64,000 bases of DNA from a bacterium (GTDB lineage Bacteria; UBA8248). The position numbers and the translations under genes were made by a program. Location of the stretch: contig OZ241326.1 in NCBI GenBank assembly GCA_965199855.1, forward strand, positions 800,001 to 864,000. The letters are read 5' to 3'. Shown here one piece after another: positions 1 through 8,334 of the stretch. Under the pieces are notes generated by a model. That model did not search any database. It saw only the letters and a list, made by a program, of their open reading frames with translations, and had not been told where the DNA came from. Position 1 is the stretch's first letter. Each line of letters begins with the position of its first letter.

Positions 1-259
1 GGTGCGCCTCGTAGTCCGTCAGCAGGCGGCCGAACCCCTCCGGGGAGCGCTTCTCCACGAGGCCCCGGCGCGCCAGATCGTCCACGAACGCCTCGAGCGT
101 CTCGCGGCCCAGGGGCGCGCCCTCCTCGTGGTGGCCCGCCTCGCGCAGCGCGCTCCACAGGAGGAGGCTGCCCACGCTCGCCCCCGCGTGAAAGGCGTCC
201 TGGTAGTAGAGCGTCTTCAGGATGTCGCCGCGCAGAACGCGGGCGGTCAGTTCGTTCAC
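1..259 (-). CDS. Phage-like winged-helix protein resembling Mu gp26 family (3' end runs out of window)
   Basis: Not in ORF track; translated by hand from GTG at 259 with GGAGG RBS: MNELTARVLRGDILKTLYYQDAFHAGASVGSLLLWSALREAGHH...RETLEAFVDDLARRGLVEKR. Host-like GC3; lies downstream of the lysis genes as in Mu-like phages. Confidence 0.5.
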   Translation of the reverse strand, partial: MNELTARVLRGDILKTLYYQDAFHAGASVGSLLLWSALREAGHHEEGAPLGRETLEAFVDDLARRGLVEKRSPEGFGRLLTDYEAH

Positions 260-384
260 GATTGCAGCCTCCCGAACGGTCCGGATGCGGCGCGGGCGCG
301 CCCGGCCCCGATGGCGCGGCGCGCGCGGGCGCGTTTGAGAAAAAGGCGCGCGAGGCGCATGATCGGGGAGAGGAGGAGCGACCG

Positions 385-792
385 TTGCGCGCGAGCCGTC
401 CGAAAATCATCCTCTGCGCCCTGTGCGCCGCGCCGCTCCTCTGGCTTTCCGCCGCCCCCGCCCTGGGCCACGGCGAGGAGGAAATCCTCCTGTTCGTCTC
501 CATGGCGGACGAGCCGAACCTGCTCCGCGTCTCGACCGCCCTCGTGGGCGGCCTCATTCTCGCGCTGGGCGCGCTCATCCTGCGCCAGACGCGCGCCGGG
601 GCGGGAGAGGAAGCGGGCGCCCCGCGCCTCAAGCGCATGGCGCCGGGGCTGGTCGCCGCGGGGCTGGGCGCCGCCATCCTGCTCACGGCCGCCTTCATCC
701 TCCCCGAGCGGATTCCGGTGTTCCACGATCACCCCGTCCCCGGCGACGCCGGAGGCGGGCGAGAGGACGCGCCGCGGCCCTCGCCGCAATGA
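385..792 (+). CDS. Hypothetical membrane protein (signal peptide plus 2 TM)
   Basis: TTG start after GGAGAGGAGGAG; hydrophobic segments IILCALCAAPLLWLSAAPALG, ALVGGLILALGALIL, GLVAAGLGAAILLTAAFIL. Confidence 0.55.
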   Translation: MRASRPKIILCALCAAPLLWLSAAPALGHGEEEILLFVSMADEPNLLRVSTALVGGLILALGALILRQTRAGAGEEAGAPRLKRMAPGLVAAGLGAAILLTAAFILPERIPVFHDHPVPGDAGGGREDAPRPSPQ

Positions 793-827
793 CGCCGAAA
801 GACGGAAGCCGTCCGCCGCGTCAGCCC

Positions 828-1262
828 TCACTTCGCCCGCCCTCCGATCTTCTCCACGGTGCGGAGCGCGCCGAGTCCCAGCATCCCGAGGGTGAGCTCC
901 ATGAGCCCGTCCGCCGCGACGGGATAGGGGACGAGCTCCCCCGTCATGATTACCTGGCGCGTCCACAGCCAGGCGCCCAGGGCGAACTGCGGGATGAAAT
1001 AGAACGCGAGCGAGACCCCGCACGTCCACAGGATGAACGGCCGGCCCCCCGCCACGAAGGGCGAGCGGTGCGCGGCCTCGATCTTCGCGATCTCCGCCTG
1101 CGCCTCCGCCGGCTTCATCATGATCTTCATCTTCAGGGCCTCGGCGGCCCGCTTCTCCTCCGGCGTCTCCACGAAGCGGTCGATCACGTTCGCCACGCCC
1201 TCGGCCGCCGTCGCCACGCTCGCCGCGCCTCCGCCCAGCAGCCCGCCCAGAAAGCCGATCAT
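828..1262 (-). CDS. 3TM holin (GTA-type, DUF3154-like family)
   Basis: MIGFLGGLLGG...VIDRFVETPEEK...AKIEAAHRSPFVAGGRPFILWTCG...LMELTLGMLGLGALRTVEK matches the characteristic 3TM-holin pattern; overlaps the lysozyme stop (ATGA). Confidence 0.85.
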   Translation of the reverse strand: MIGFLGGLLGGGAASVATAAEGVANVIDRFVETPEEKRAAEALKMKIMMKPAEAQAEIAKIEAAHRSPFVAGGRPFILWTCGVSLAFYFIPQFALGAWLWTRQVIMTGELVPYPVAADGLMELTLGMLGLGALRTVEKIGGRAK

Positions 1263-1723
1263 CTCCTCTCTCCTCCTCTCCCGGACTCCGGCGATTTCCT
1301 CGCCGTTCCCTCCGCCTCCCGCAGCCCCGCCGCCACGCGCGCCGCGCGCGCGGGCGCCTGCCGCGCGTATTCCGAATCGAGCGCCTCGGCCGCGGCGCGC
1401 CCATAGTCGCCGCGCGCCAGCGCCGCCCACATCCTCCGAAAGCCCAGCAGGGCGGGGACGCCCATGTTGTAGGCCATGTCGAGCAGCGCCTCCCGCGCGG
1501 CGGGGGCGAGGCGCCCGAAGACCGCCCCCCGCTCCGAGCGCGCCACCTCCTCCGCCATCGCGCCCAGGCGGTGGCGAAGGAGCAGCTCCGCCTCCGCCTC
1601 GCTCACGCCCTCCTCCAGCAGCGTTCCGTAGCCGATGGTCGCGTTCCCCAGATGGTCGAGATAGATTTTTCGGGAAAATCCCTCCTCGCGCTTGACGCGC
1701 TCGACCAGTTCGTCCGTGATCAT
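1259..1723 (-). CDS. Phage lysozyme/endolysin (GH24, T4-like)
   Basis: Catalytic E-x8-D-x5-T motif EEGFSRKIYLDHLGNATIGYG; LLDMAYNMG; AAAEALDSEYARQAPARA. Confidence 0.88.
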   Translation of the reverse strand: MITDELVERVKREEGFSRKIYLDHLGNATIGYGTLLEEGVSEAEAELLLRHRLGAMAEEVARSERGAVFGRLAPAAREALLDMAYNMGVPALLGFRRMWAALARGDYGRAAAEALDSEYARQAPARAARVAAGLREAEGTARKSPESGRGGERR

Positions 1724-2050
1724 GCGAGCCTCCTTTTTCGGGTCTGCGGCCTTTCCCGGCGTCCCGCGCCTCTTTCGCCGGACGCCGCCACCGCGGGAGG
1801 ATTCTAGCCGCGCCCCGCCCCTCTCCCGCGATCGCAGATGCGGGCAAATGCGCGCAGGCGCGGCCTTTCTTCCGAAAAAAGAACGCCCGCCGCTCCCGAA
1901 GGCGGAGGGCGCGGCCTCCGCCGGGCGGCGGCGCGCGCGGGGGGTTGGGTTCGCGCGCGAGGCGCGCTAGAATGGCGGACGCCGGACCGGGGAATCGATC
2001 ACAGGGGCCGCTTCGGGAGAAGCCGCCGCCCGACACTGGGGAGATGAACG

Positions 2051-2542
2051 ATGAAGAAATGGATGAGCGTCGCGCTGGCAGCCGCATTCGCCCTGGGGCT
2101 CGCCGGATGCGGCCCCGGCAAGGGGCAGTTCAACAAGCAGACGGGCGGGACCATCATCGGCGGCATCGCGGGCGGAGTCCTGGGCTCCAAGATCGGCAAG
2201 GGCCGAGGCCGCGCCATCGCCACCATCGGGGGCGCCATCATCGGCGGCCTGCTGGGCGGCGCCGTCGGCTCGCAGCTCGACGAGCGCGACCGGATGCTCA
2301 TGGCGCGCAGCACGCAGACCACCCTCGAGAAGGGCAAATCCGGCGTGGCGACCAGGTGGGTGAACCCCGACAGCGGCAACCGGGGCGCCATCATCCCCAG
2401 GCGCGCCTACAGGGTCAGGCGGGGGTCGAAAGAGGCGTATTGCCGCGAGTTCCAGCAGACCATCACCGTGGGCGGCAAGACCGAGCGCGCCTACGGACGC
2501 GCCTGCCGCCAGCCCGACGGGAGCTGGAAGATCGAGCGGTAG
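2051..2542 (+). CDS. 17-kDa surface antigen family outer-membrane lipoprotein (glycine zipper)
   Basis: Lipobox LAGC; Gly-zipper GGIAGGVLGSKIGKG; WVNPDSG; YCREFQQTITVGG...YGRACRQPDGSWKI. Confidence 0.9.
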   Translation: MKKWMSVALAAAFALGLAGCGPGKGQFNKQTGGTIIGGIAGGVLGSKIGKGRGRAIATIGGAIIGGLLGGAVGSQLDERDRMLMARSTQTTLEKGKSGVATRWVNPDSGNRGAIIPRRAYRVRRGSKEAYCREFQQTITVGGKTERAYGRACRQPDGSWKIER

Positions 2543-2656
2543 GCGCCGCCTCTTTTCGGAGCCGTCGAACCCCCGGGCGCGCGCTCATGCGTCCGGGGGG
2601 AGCGAGCCGGCCTCCGCAGGGGGCGGAAGCCGCGATTCGCGCTCGCGCCGCGGCCC

Positions 2657-2665
2657 TGCTACAAT
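2657..2665 (+). promoter_or_regulatory. Putative extended -10 promoter (TGcTACAAT)
   Basis: TGnTAnAAT element about 65 bp upstream of the ATG at 2731. Confidence 0.35.
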
Positions 2666-2730
2666 CAAGCGGGGGCTGATGAACGCGCGCGCAGGCGCGC
2701 CCCGCATCCCCGGCGCAAGGAGGCCGACGC

Positions 2731-3231
2731 ATGGTTTCCGATCAGACGCGAAACGAGGTTTGGCAGGATCTTCTGGACGTCTCGCGCCTCGTCCGCTACT
2801 ACGACGCGCTCTCCGACGTTCACCGGCGCAACCACGCGATCATCCGGTTCGTCCTGCTCGCCGCCGCGGCGGGCGGAATCGCCGCTCTGCTCGACCTGCT
2901 TCCGCCGATCGCCCAGCTCGCCGCGAGCGGATTCATCGCCCTGGTCGTCGCCTGGGACTTCGCGTCCGACTACGCCAGGAAGGCCGCCGTCCTGCACACG
3001 ATCAGCCTCGAATGCGGCCTGCTGGAAATCGAATGGCGCGACCTGTGGAACGACGCCAACAATCCCGACGCGAGCGACGACGAGGTGCGGGAGAGGAACG
3101 CGCATCTGTCGCGGAGAATCGCCGGCGCGACCGGGCGGGCGGGAGACGCCGGCATCCGCGAGAACCGCAAGCTGAACGAGGAATGCGAGAGAGCGGCATA
3201 CAGGATAATAGAAGACAAATATGCCGCCTGA
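2731..3231 (+). CDS. SLATT-like 2TM protein
   Basis: AAGGAGG RBS; N-terminal helix with RYY, two TM helices, then KAAVLH and a helical C-terminus, which is the SLATT-type topology. Confidence 0.55.
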   Translation: MVSDQTRNEVWQDLLDVSRLVRYYDALSDVHRRNHAIIRFVLLAAAAGGIAALLDLLPPIAQLAASGFIALVVAWDFASDYARKAAVLHTISLECGLLEIEWRDLWNDANNPDASDDEVRERNAHLSRRIAGATGRAGDAGIRENRKLNEECERAAYRIIEDKYAA

Positions 3232-3349
3232 AGAATCCATCCGCGAAATCGCCGAAAGCGGCAAGCCCCAGAGACCGGGCAAGACGACCCCTCCGAAGCC
3301 CGAAGAGACGCCGCAGCCCCGAAACGGCGAAGAGCGTCCCCGGCCCTAG
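3221..3349 (+). CDS. Putative 42-aa Pro-rich peptide
   Basis: ATG overlaps the end of the SLATT-like gene: MPPEESIREIAESGKPQRPGKTTPPKPEETPQPRNGEERPRP*. Confidence 0.35.
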   Translation: MPPEESIREIAESGKPQRPGKTTPPKPEETPQPRNGEERPRP

Positions 3350-3424
3350 CCGGGGGGCTTTCGGCTTCAGGAGACGCGCGCGACGGGAAAGGAACCCCAC
3401 CTCCGCGCGTCCGGCAGGATCGCT

Positions 3425-3817
3425 TCAATCGCGCAAAAATCTCCTGAGCCTCCGCCGAAGAACGGCGGATTCTTCCTTCAGCTGGCACTCCCAAATGACG
3501 AGAATCCGCCATCCGGCCTTTCTGAGCTCGCGCGCGTTGCGCTTGTCTCTCGTCTTGTTTCTGGCCAGCTTGCCGTTCCAGTATTCAAGGTTGGATTTCG
3601 GGGTGTTTCTTCCGGCCCTGCAATCATGGCCGTGCCAGAAGCAGCCATGAAGGAATATCACGCGCTTTTTGCCGACGAAAACAACGTCAGGCTTTCCCGG
3701 AAGCTTCTTGTAGTGAACCCGGTATCCGCGATAGCCCATGGCGTAAATCAGCTTTCTGAGCCGCAATTCGGGCGCAGTATTCTTGCTTCGCACCTTTCGC
3801 ATGTGCGGTCGGTTCAT
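3425..3817 (-). CDS. vsr: Very short patch repair endonuclease
   Basis: MRKVRSKNTAPE, LPGKPDVVF, FLHGCFWHGH, LVIWECQ motifs; next to a 5mC MTase. Confidence 0.92.
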   Translation of the reverse strand: MNRPHMRKVRSKNTAPELRLRKLIYAMGYRGYRVHYKKLPGKPDVVFVGKKRVIFLHGCFWHGHDCRAGRNTPKSNLEYWNGKLARNKTRDKRNARELRKAGWRILVIWECQLKEESAVLRRRLRRFLRD

Positions 3818-3820
3818 CGC

Positions 3821-4558
3821 TCATACTCGCTCTATCCAGTCCTCCTTGAAGCCGATCAGATTCAAAACGCGCTCGGGTTCCAATGGCTCAACGGGACGCT
3901 TGACGCGGAATTTGCGCGCCGACCCGGGAACGGGCTTGATAATCGTGAACTGGGCGCCGTGCGGCTGCCATGTGAATTGATGCTCGCGGCCGGATTTCTC
4001 GAATCCTTCCAGGTTTTTGCGCCTGTTGAGCTCCCAGTAATAATTGCTCGGGACGTATCTCGACGCTTCGGACTCGAACAGAACGAACTCCAGGCTGGCC
4101 ATGCTTCTAATCAGGACGGCGACGCGCAAATCATCGTATTCGGCGAATGACTGATTCACTCGACCATTCCAGATTCCGAGAACCGCCTCGCCGGTTTTTT
4201 CAACGTCCGAGAGAGGGTCCGTTATGCCGTAGGAATAAACGGGAGAGTTCCGGCCTGAAATGAGCCGGACGTTCAGCAACTCAAAAGGCTTTGGGGCCTG
4301 GACAGTTTTGACCGACCAGGAGCAGTTTCCCCAGACTACGTCGGTTACGCCAATGGGATTCTTGAGGTGATTTCCATCAATGGCGGCCGCGAATATATCT
4401 CCAAAGTCGTCTCCGCTGATGTTCGTCTGCCCTACCGCCAGCCTGTGGACAATCCGGCGGCCGATTTCAACGACGATCTCATCCGGAAACTCGCCGAGCG
4501 GATACGGGCCTCTACGCGCTCTTGACGCGCCTCTCAGCTTCGGACCCCTTGACGACAT
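3821..4558 (-). CDS. Probable type II restriction endonuclease (PD-(D/E)xK-like)
   Basis: Lies between a C5-MTase and vsr and overlaps the MTase 3' end; lower GC; D...SVK motif (VTDVVWGNCSWSVKT). Confidence 0.7.
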   Translation of the reverse strand: MSSRGPKLRGASRARRGPYPLGEFPDEIVVEIGRRIVHRLAVGQTNISGDDFGDIFAAAIDGNHLKNPIGVTDVVWGNCSWSVKTVQAPKPFELLNVRLISGRNSPVYSYGITDPLSDVEKTGEAVLGIWNGRVNQSFAEYDDLRVAVLIRSMASLEFVLFESEASRYVPSNYYWELNRRKNLEGFEKSGREHQFTWQPHGAQFTIIKPVPGSARKFRVKRPVEPLEPERVLNLIGFKEDWIERV

Positions 4559-5525
4559 CTAAAATCCCTTCCATGCCGGCGAGGGCGAGCGGGACGGGAA
4601 TGGCGTTGCCGGCCTGTTTGCGCGTCTGCGCGTCATTGCACGCGAGCTCGAACGAATCCGGAAAGCCCTGAAGCCTCAGCATCTCTCTCGGCGTCAATCG
4701 CCTCTCGCCGTCCACCAACAGGTAATTGTAGGACGCTCCGGCTCTCAGGGCGCAAGAATAAGGGTAGCTGGAAACATTGCCGGCCTTGTTTTCGTGCCAG
4801 ACGCCGGGCCGGTGCGCGCTTCGATGCGCGTCCCGTCGCCGCCGCCGGATGCGTTCGCTGGCGTAGTGTTTCGGAGCGGGATTTTCCTCAAGAATCTCCG
4901 CGAGCGGCTTCCTCGGCCTGCCGCCCGACGGCCAGGGGAATTCCTCAAAAGCGTCCAGCGTCGCCGCAATCAGGACGCGCTCCCGCTTTTGGGGCAATCC
5001 ATAGTCGAGGACGTTCAAAACCTTCCAGGAAACCGTATAGCGAAGCTCTTCCAGAGCCTCTAACACGCGCTCCAGAATAGCGCCCTTGTTCAGGGTCGTA
5101 AGCTGCTTGACGTTTTCCAGGATGACGGCTCTCGGCCGCTTCTCGCTCAGTATCCTCACTATCTCGAAAAACAGCGTCCCCCGGATGTCGTCGAACCCTT
5201 TTCTGTGGCCGATAATCGAAAACGGCTGGCAGGGAAAGCCCGCGCAAAACAGATCGTGGTCGGGAATTTCCTCGGCCCGGACTTTGGAAATGTCTCCTCT
5301 CGGAGTCAATCCGAAGTTATGCGCATACGCTCTTCGGGCCTCGGCGTCGATGTCGCAGGCGAATACGCAGCGCATCCCGAAGGATTGGGCGGCTAAATGA
5401 AATCCCCCTATCCCGCAAAACATGTCCACGAAGGTTTGCAGCCCGAAGGCGCCGGAGGCGCGAGCCGGAAGCGCGGCGCGCCTGGCGAGGCGGGAAAAGT
5501 CCGCCATTGGATGGTTCTCGCTCAT
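4512..5525 (-). CDS. DNA (cytosine-5)-methyltransferase
   Basis: Motifs DMFCGIGG (I), AGFPCQPFS (IV), LENV (VI), QKRERV (VIII), RLQGFP (IX), KQAGNA (X). Confidence 0.95.
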   Translation of the reverse strand: MSENHPMADFSRLARRAALPARASGAFGLQTFVDMFCGIGGFHLAAQSFGMRCVFACDIDAEARRAYAHNFGLTPRGDISKVRAEEIPDHDLFCAGFPCQPFSIIGHRKGFDDIRGTLFFEIVRILSEKRPRAVILENVKQLTTLNKGAILERVLEALEELRYTVSWKVLNVLDYGLPQKRERVLIAATLDAFEEFPWPSGGRPRKPLAEILEENPAPKHYASERIRRRRRDAHRSAHRPGVWHENKAGNVSSYPYSCALRAGASYNYLLVDGERRLTPREMLRLQGFPDSFELACNDAQTRKQAGNAIPVPLALAGMEGILDVVKGSEAERRVKSA

Positions 5526-5883
5526 CCGCTCAACGCCTTGACAAGCGATCCTTCCACCTTCCGGGCCTCAACAGCGGCGATTCCGGAATGCGTCATGGCT
5601 CTCGGAGTGCTCCAGGTTGAAAGGGCGGGTTCTCTACGCGAAGTCATTGCCGGCAGGATATCAATATATCCGTCAAGGCGCAAGGAAACCTTGCGCCGCG
5701 CTTCATCGAGATTCTTTCCCGTTTCGTTGTATATCCGACGAGCGCGTTCCACAGCCTGTTCCGCCGGAGCAGCTCGTCCACGCCCGCCTTCGGAAAAGAA
5801 TCGGCGAACGCGGCCCTGCCCTTTTCGGGATTGATGAGAACCGCGCCGCATTGATATGCGCGGGTCGTCTCCCTCGCTTCCAT
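5522..5883 (-). pseudogene. Frameshifted fragment, possibly the N-terminus of a TnpB/Cas12-like protein
   Basis: GGGAGG RBS plus ATG at 5883. Joining two frames near 5735 gives TRAYQCGAV...GVDELLRRNRLWNALVG/IYNETGKNLDEARR; no RuvC motifs seen. Confidence 0.3.
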
Positions 5884-6002
5884 CTCGCGCGCCTCCCGGG
5901 CGCGGGCGGAGAGTTTCCCGATGGGTGAGCGGGGCAGGATAAAGGGCGGCGGAGAAGCGCGTCAACGCGCCCGGCGCGCGGGCGGGGAGGCGGCCGACCG
6001 GA

Positions 6003-6040
6003 GAAACGAAAAACCCCCCGGAGGAGCCGAGGGGTCTTTC
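6003..6040 (-). terminator. Rho-independent terminator
   Basis: Minus strand GAAAGACCCCTCGG-CTCCT-CCGGGGGGTTTTTCGTTTC hairpin followed by a T-tract. Confidence 0.65.
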
Positions 6041-6067
6041 CCGATGCCGGCGATGCTCGGGGATTCG

Positions 6068-6109
6068 CTAGAATCCGGGGTCCTCATCCTTCTCGTATCG
6101 GTGGTTCAT
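6068..6109 (-). CDS. Putative 13-aa peptide MNHRYEKDEDPGF
   Basis: Perfect AAGGAGG RBS 7 nt upstream of ATG; lies between the SDH protease gene and the terminator. Confidence 0.35.
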   Translation of the reverse strand: MNHRYEKDEDPGF

Positions 6110-6148
6110 GGGGCGTCCTCCTTGGTAAGAATGGTTTATATCTGGCCG

Positions 6149-7162
6149 TCAAGCGTTTTGGCCAGTTTTGGCGTCCTTTTCTGTTCCGATTCGAGATTTT
6201 CTGCTTCTTGCTGTATTGCTCTTCCCAGATTCTTGGCGTCCATCATCCACCTTGGGATTTCCTTCTTTTTTCTCTCGTTTTGGTCTTGCATCTCGATTGT
6301 CATCATCAGAAGCGCCCCCTTCCATCGTATAACATTTATCCAGCCTTGCGACATAGCAAGGCCTTTGCGGAGAATAAACCACAGAACCCAGTTCTTCAAT
6401 CAAGGAGGAAACATCTTCCGTCGGTTCGGTCACCTTGTTGAAAAGTTTCTCGGCTTCCGAACGGTCAATGATGAAATCGTGCGATGGATAGTCCTCAACC
6501 AAGCTTCGGACAGTTCTCTGTTTTGCATTTTGCCCATGCTCAACCAGTCTCTCTCCATACGCCGTTGCGACACGAAGATTGCGCAAATCGCTTCCCAAGG
6601 CTTCGGGATCAACCTGGGCATAAACGGGTGTCATAACACCCGTAGCAATCGTCGTGGCGATGCGAGACGCTACTTCAAAACTGATCGCTTGCCTACTGTT
6701 TATCGTGATATCTATCATCACTTGCGAGTAAACTTTCCATGTTTCTTCAGCGAGACCTTCAAGAGCGGTTCGGACGACCAAGCCGGATCTTCTCTGTCCA
6801 AGCTCGTCCCGCCGCACAAGCTGAACGTCAAGAGGACCAAGCTCGGCTATCCCAGTCATTACAATCTCGTTGGCGCCAAGTGCGATAAGAGTTCCCGCGC
6901 TCTTACAGATATCCGCGATGCACAGGCGGAAATTCTCAAAAGTATTTTGAAATAATCTCGCGATTTGGTAGGCGGCAGCTGCTTCTCCTCCATGAGTTGC
7001 CAGCAGTAGAAACGCATTTGGTTTGAAGGGTTGTGCCTCAGATGGCTGCATGGATTCAATAAGTTGCCCAAAACCCTTTGAATCAATGATACCGCTATAG
7101 ACAAATACGCTCGCATCAAAAGCTTCAGAAACCGCATTCGCAATACGGTTCGTTTCCGTCAC
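6149..7162 (-). CDS. SDH-family ClpP-fold serine protease
   Basis: LLLATHGG, CKSAGTLIALGANEIVM, ELGPLDVQ, YPSHDFII motifs; GTG start with AAGGAAGG RBS; markedly low GC. Confidence 0.85.
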   Translation of the reverse strand: MTETNRIANAVSEAFDASVFVYSGIIDSKGFGQLIESMQPSEAQPFKPNAFLLLATHGGEAAAAYQIARLFQNTFENFRLCIADICKSAGTLIALGANEIVMTGIAELGPLDVQLVRRDELGQRRSGLVVRTALEGLAEETWKVYSQVMIDITINSRQAISFEVASRIATTIATGVMTPVYAQVDPEALGSDLRNLRVATAYGERLVEHGQNAKQRTVRSLVEDYPSHDFIIDRSEAEKLFNKVTEPTEDVSSLIEELGSVVYSPQRPCYVARLDKCYTMEGGASDDDNRDARPKREKKEGNPKVDDGRQESGKSNTARSRKSRIGTEKDAKTGQNA

Positions 7163-7500
7163 CTGCTCGCCACCTTCCTTTCGCGACTGCTCTGGCAATG
7201 TCCTGCCCTCTAATAAAATGATAGGCTTCAAGCCCGAGTCCTTGCTACGCTTTTAATCTCTCCGTCTCCGCAAATTGTTCCGGAACCGCAACTTCAAATC
7301 TCGCTTTTCGCTTGTCAGTAGCCAAATTCATAACGAGCCTGATGAATTGGCTATGGGCAACAGCACCTTATTGTTTTTTTATCTTTAGTAAATTATGGCA
7401 CTAGGCTAACCCCGAGGCAACTTGATTCTTCAAATCAATCCGACGGGCCGGCGCGCCGGCGAAGCCCGCAACCCTTCCCTCTCCGGTCGGGCCCGACTCC

Positions 7501-7866
7501 TCACTCCCGCGTTCCGCCGTATTTCCATTCCAGGTCGAGGGGAAACTCCTCGCGCATCTTCTCGACGTAGGCGAGGACGTCCTCCCTGCGGAAGCGCGCG
7601 CTCTTGAAGGAGGGATGGTTCGCGGGCCGCCGGGGGTCGCGCGGGCGCGGGCGGCGCAGATAGACGGGGCGCAGGCACGGGGCGGCGCTCACGCAGTCCT
7701 CGGCGATGATGGCGTCCAGCGCGCGGCGGCCGTAGCCCAGCACCTTCGCCAGCATGGGCTTGGTGAGCAGAGCCTCCTCCTCGAGAATCCGGCGCGGGGT
7801 TCTGGGGTCGGGCGGCGCGCGCCTGGGGCGCGGCGCGGAGCGCGCGCGAGGCTTCCTCGGCGGCAT
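7501..7866 (-). CDS. Excisionase/AlpA-like HTH DNA-binding protein
   Basis: LLTKPMLAKVLGYGRRAL...RPVYL...ARFRREDVLAYV; start overlaps the upstream stop (TGATG). Confidence 0.55.
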   Translation of the reverse strand: MPPRKPRARSAPRPRRAPPDPRTPRRILEEEALLTKPMLAKVLGYGRRALDAIIAEDCVSAAPCLRPVYLRRPRPRDPRRPANHPSFKSARFRREDVLAYVEKMREEFPLDLEWKYGGTRE

Positions 7867-8129
7867 CAGCGAAGCGCCTCGGGCAGGGAGAGGACGCGAA
7901 CCTCGCGCCTGCGCGCCCGTCCGCTGCGGATGAGCGCGGCGGCGCGCGCCCGGGCGGAGCCTGAATCCGGGAAGAGGAGGCGCACGCGCCTCTCGCGCGT
8001 CCTGTCCCGGTAGAGGAGCAGCGCGCCCTCGGCCGGGACGCCCAGGCCCTCCTCGGCCATGTCGGCCAGGGCGCGCTCGTGGGCGCCGATGAAGGAGACG
8101 GCCTCCTCCACGTCCGTCAAAGCGCTCAT
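7866..8129 (-). CDS. Hypothetical protein (phage-like small gene)
   Basis: GGGAGG RBS, host-like codon usage, translationally coupled to the HTH gene. Confidence 0.55.
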   Translation of the reverse strand: MSALTDVEEAVSFIGAHERALADMAEEGLGVPAEGALLLYRDRTRERRVRLLFPDSGSARARAAALIRSGRARRREVRVLSLPEALR

Positions 8130-8174
8130 CGGAATCCTCCCTCGCGCGAAAGCGGCGGCTGGATGAGGCGGGGC

Positions 8175-8310
8175 GCCCGGATGATCCGCGCGAGGTGGAA
8201 AGCGCGGGTTCGGAATGCGGAGGGGACGCCCCGCGCGCCGGACCTGCGGCGGCGCGGGACGCCTCGGGGAGGGGAATGGGGCGGGCGTTTGCGGGGCGGA
8301 TCATCCGGGC
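8175..8310. repeat. Perfect 15-bp inverted repeat
   Basis: GCCCGGATGATCCGC (8175-8189) and GCGGATCATCCGGGC (8296-8310). Confidence 0.7.
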
Positions 8311-8334
8311 AGAATGAACTCATGCGAATATCGG

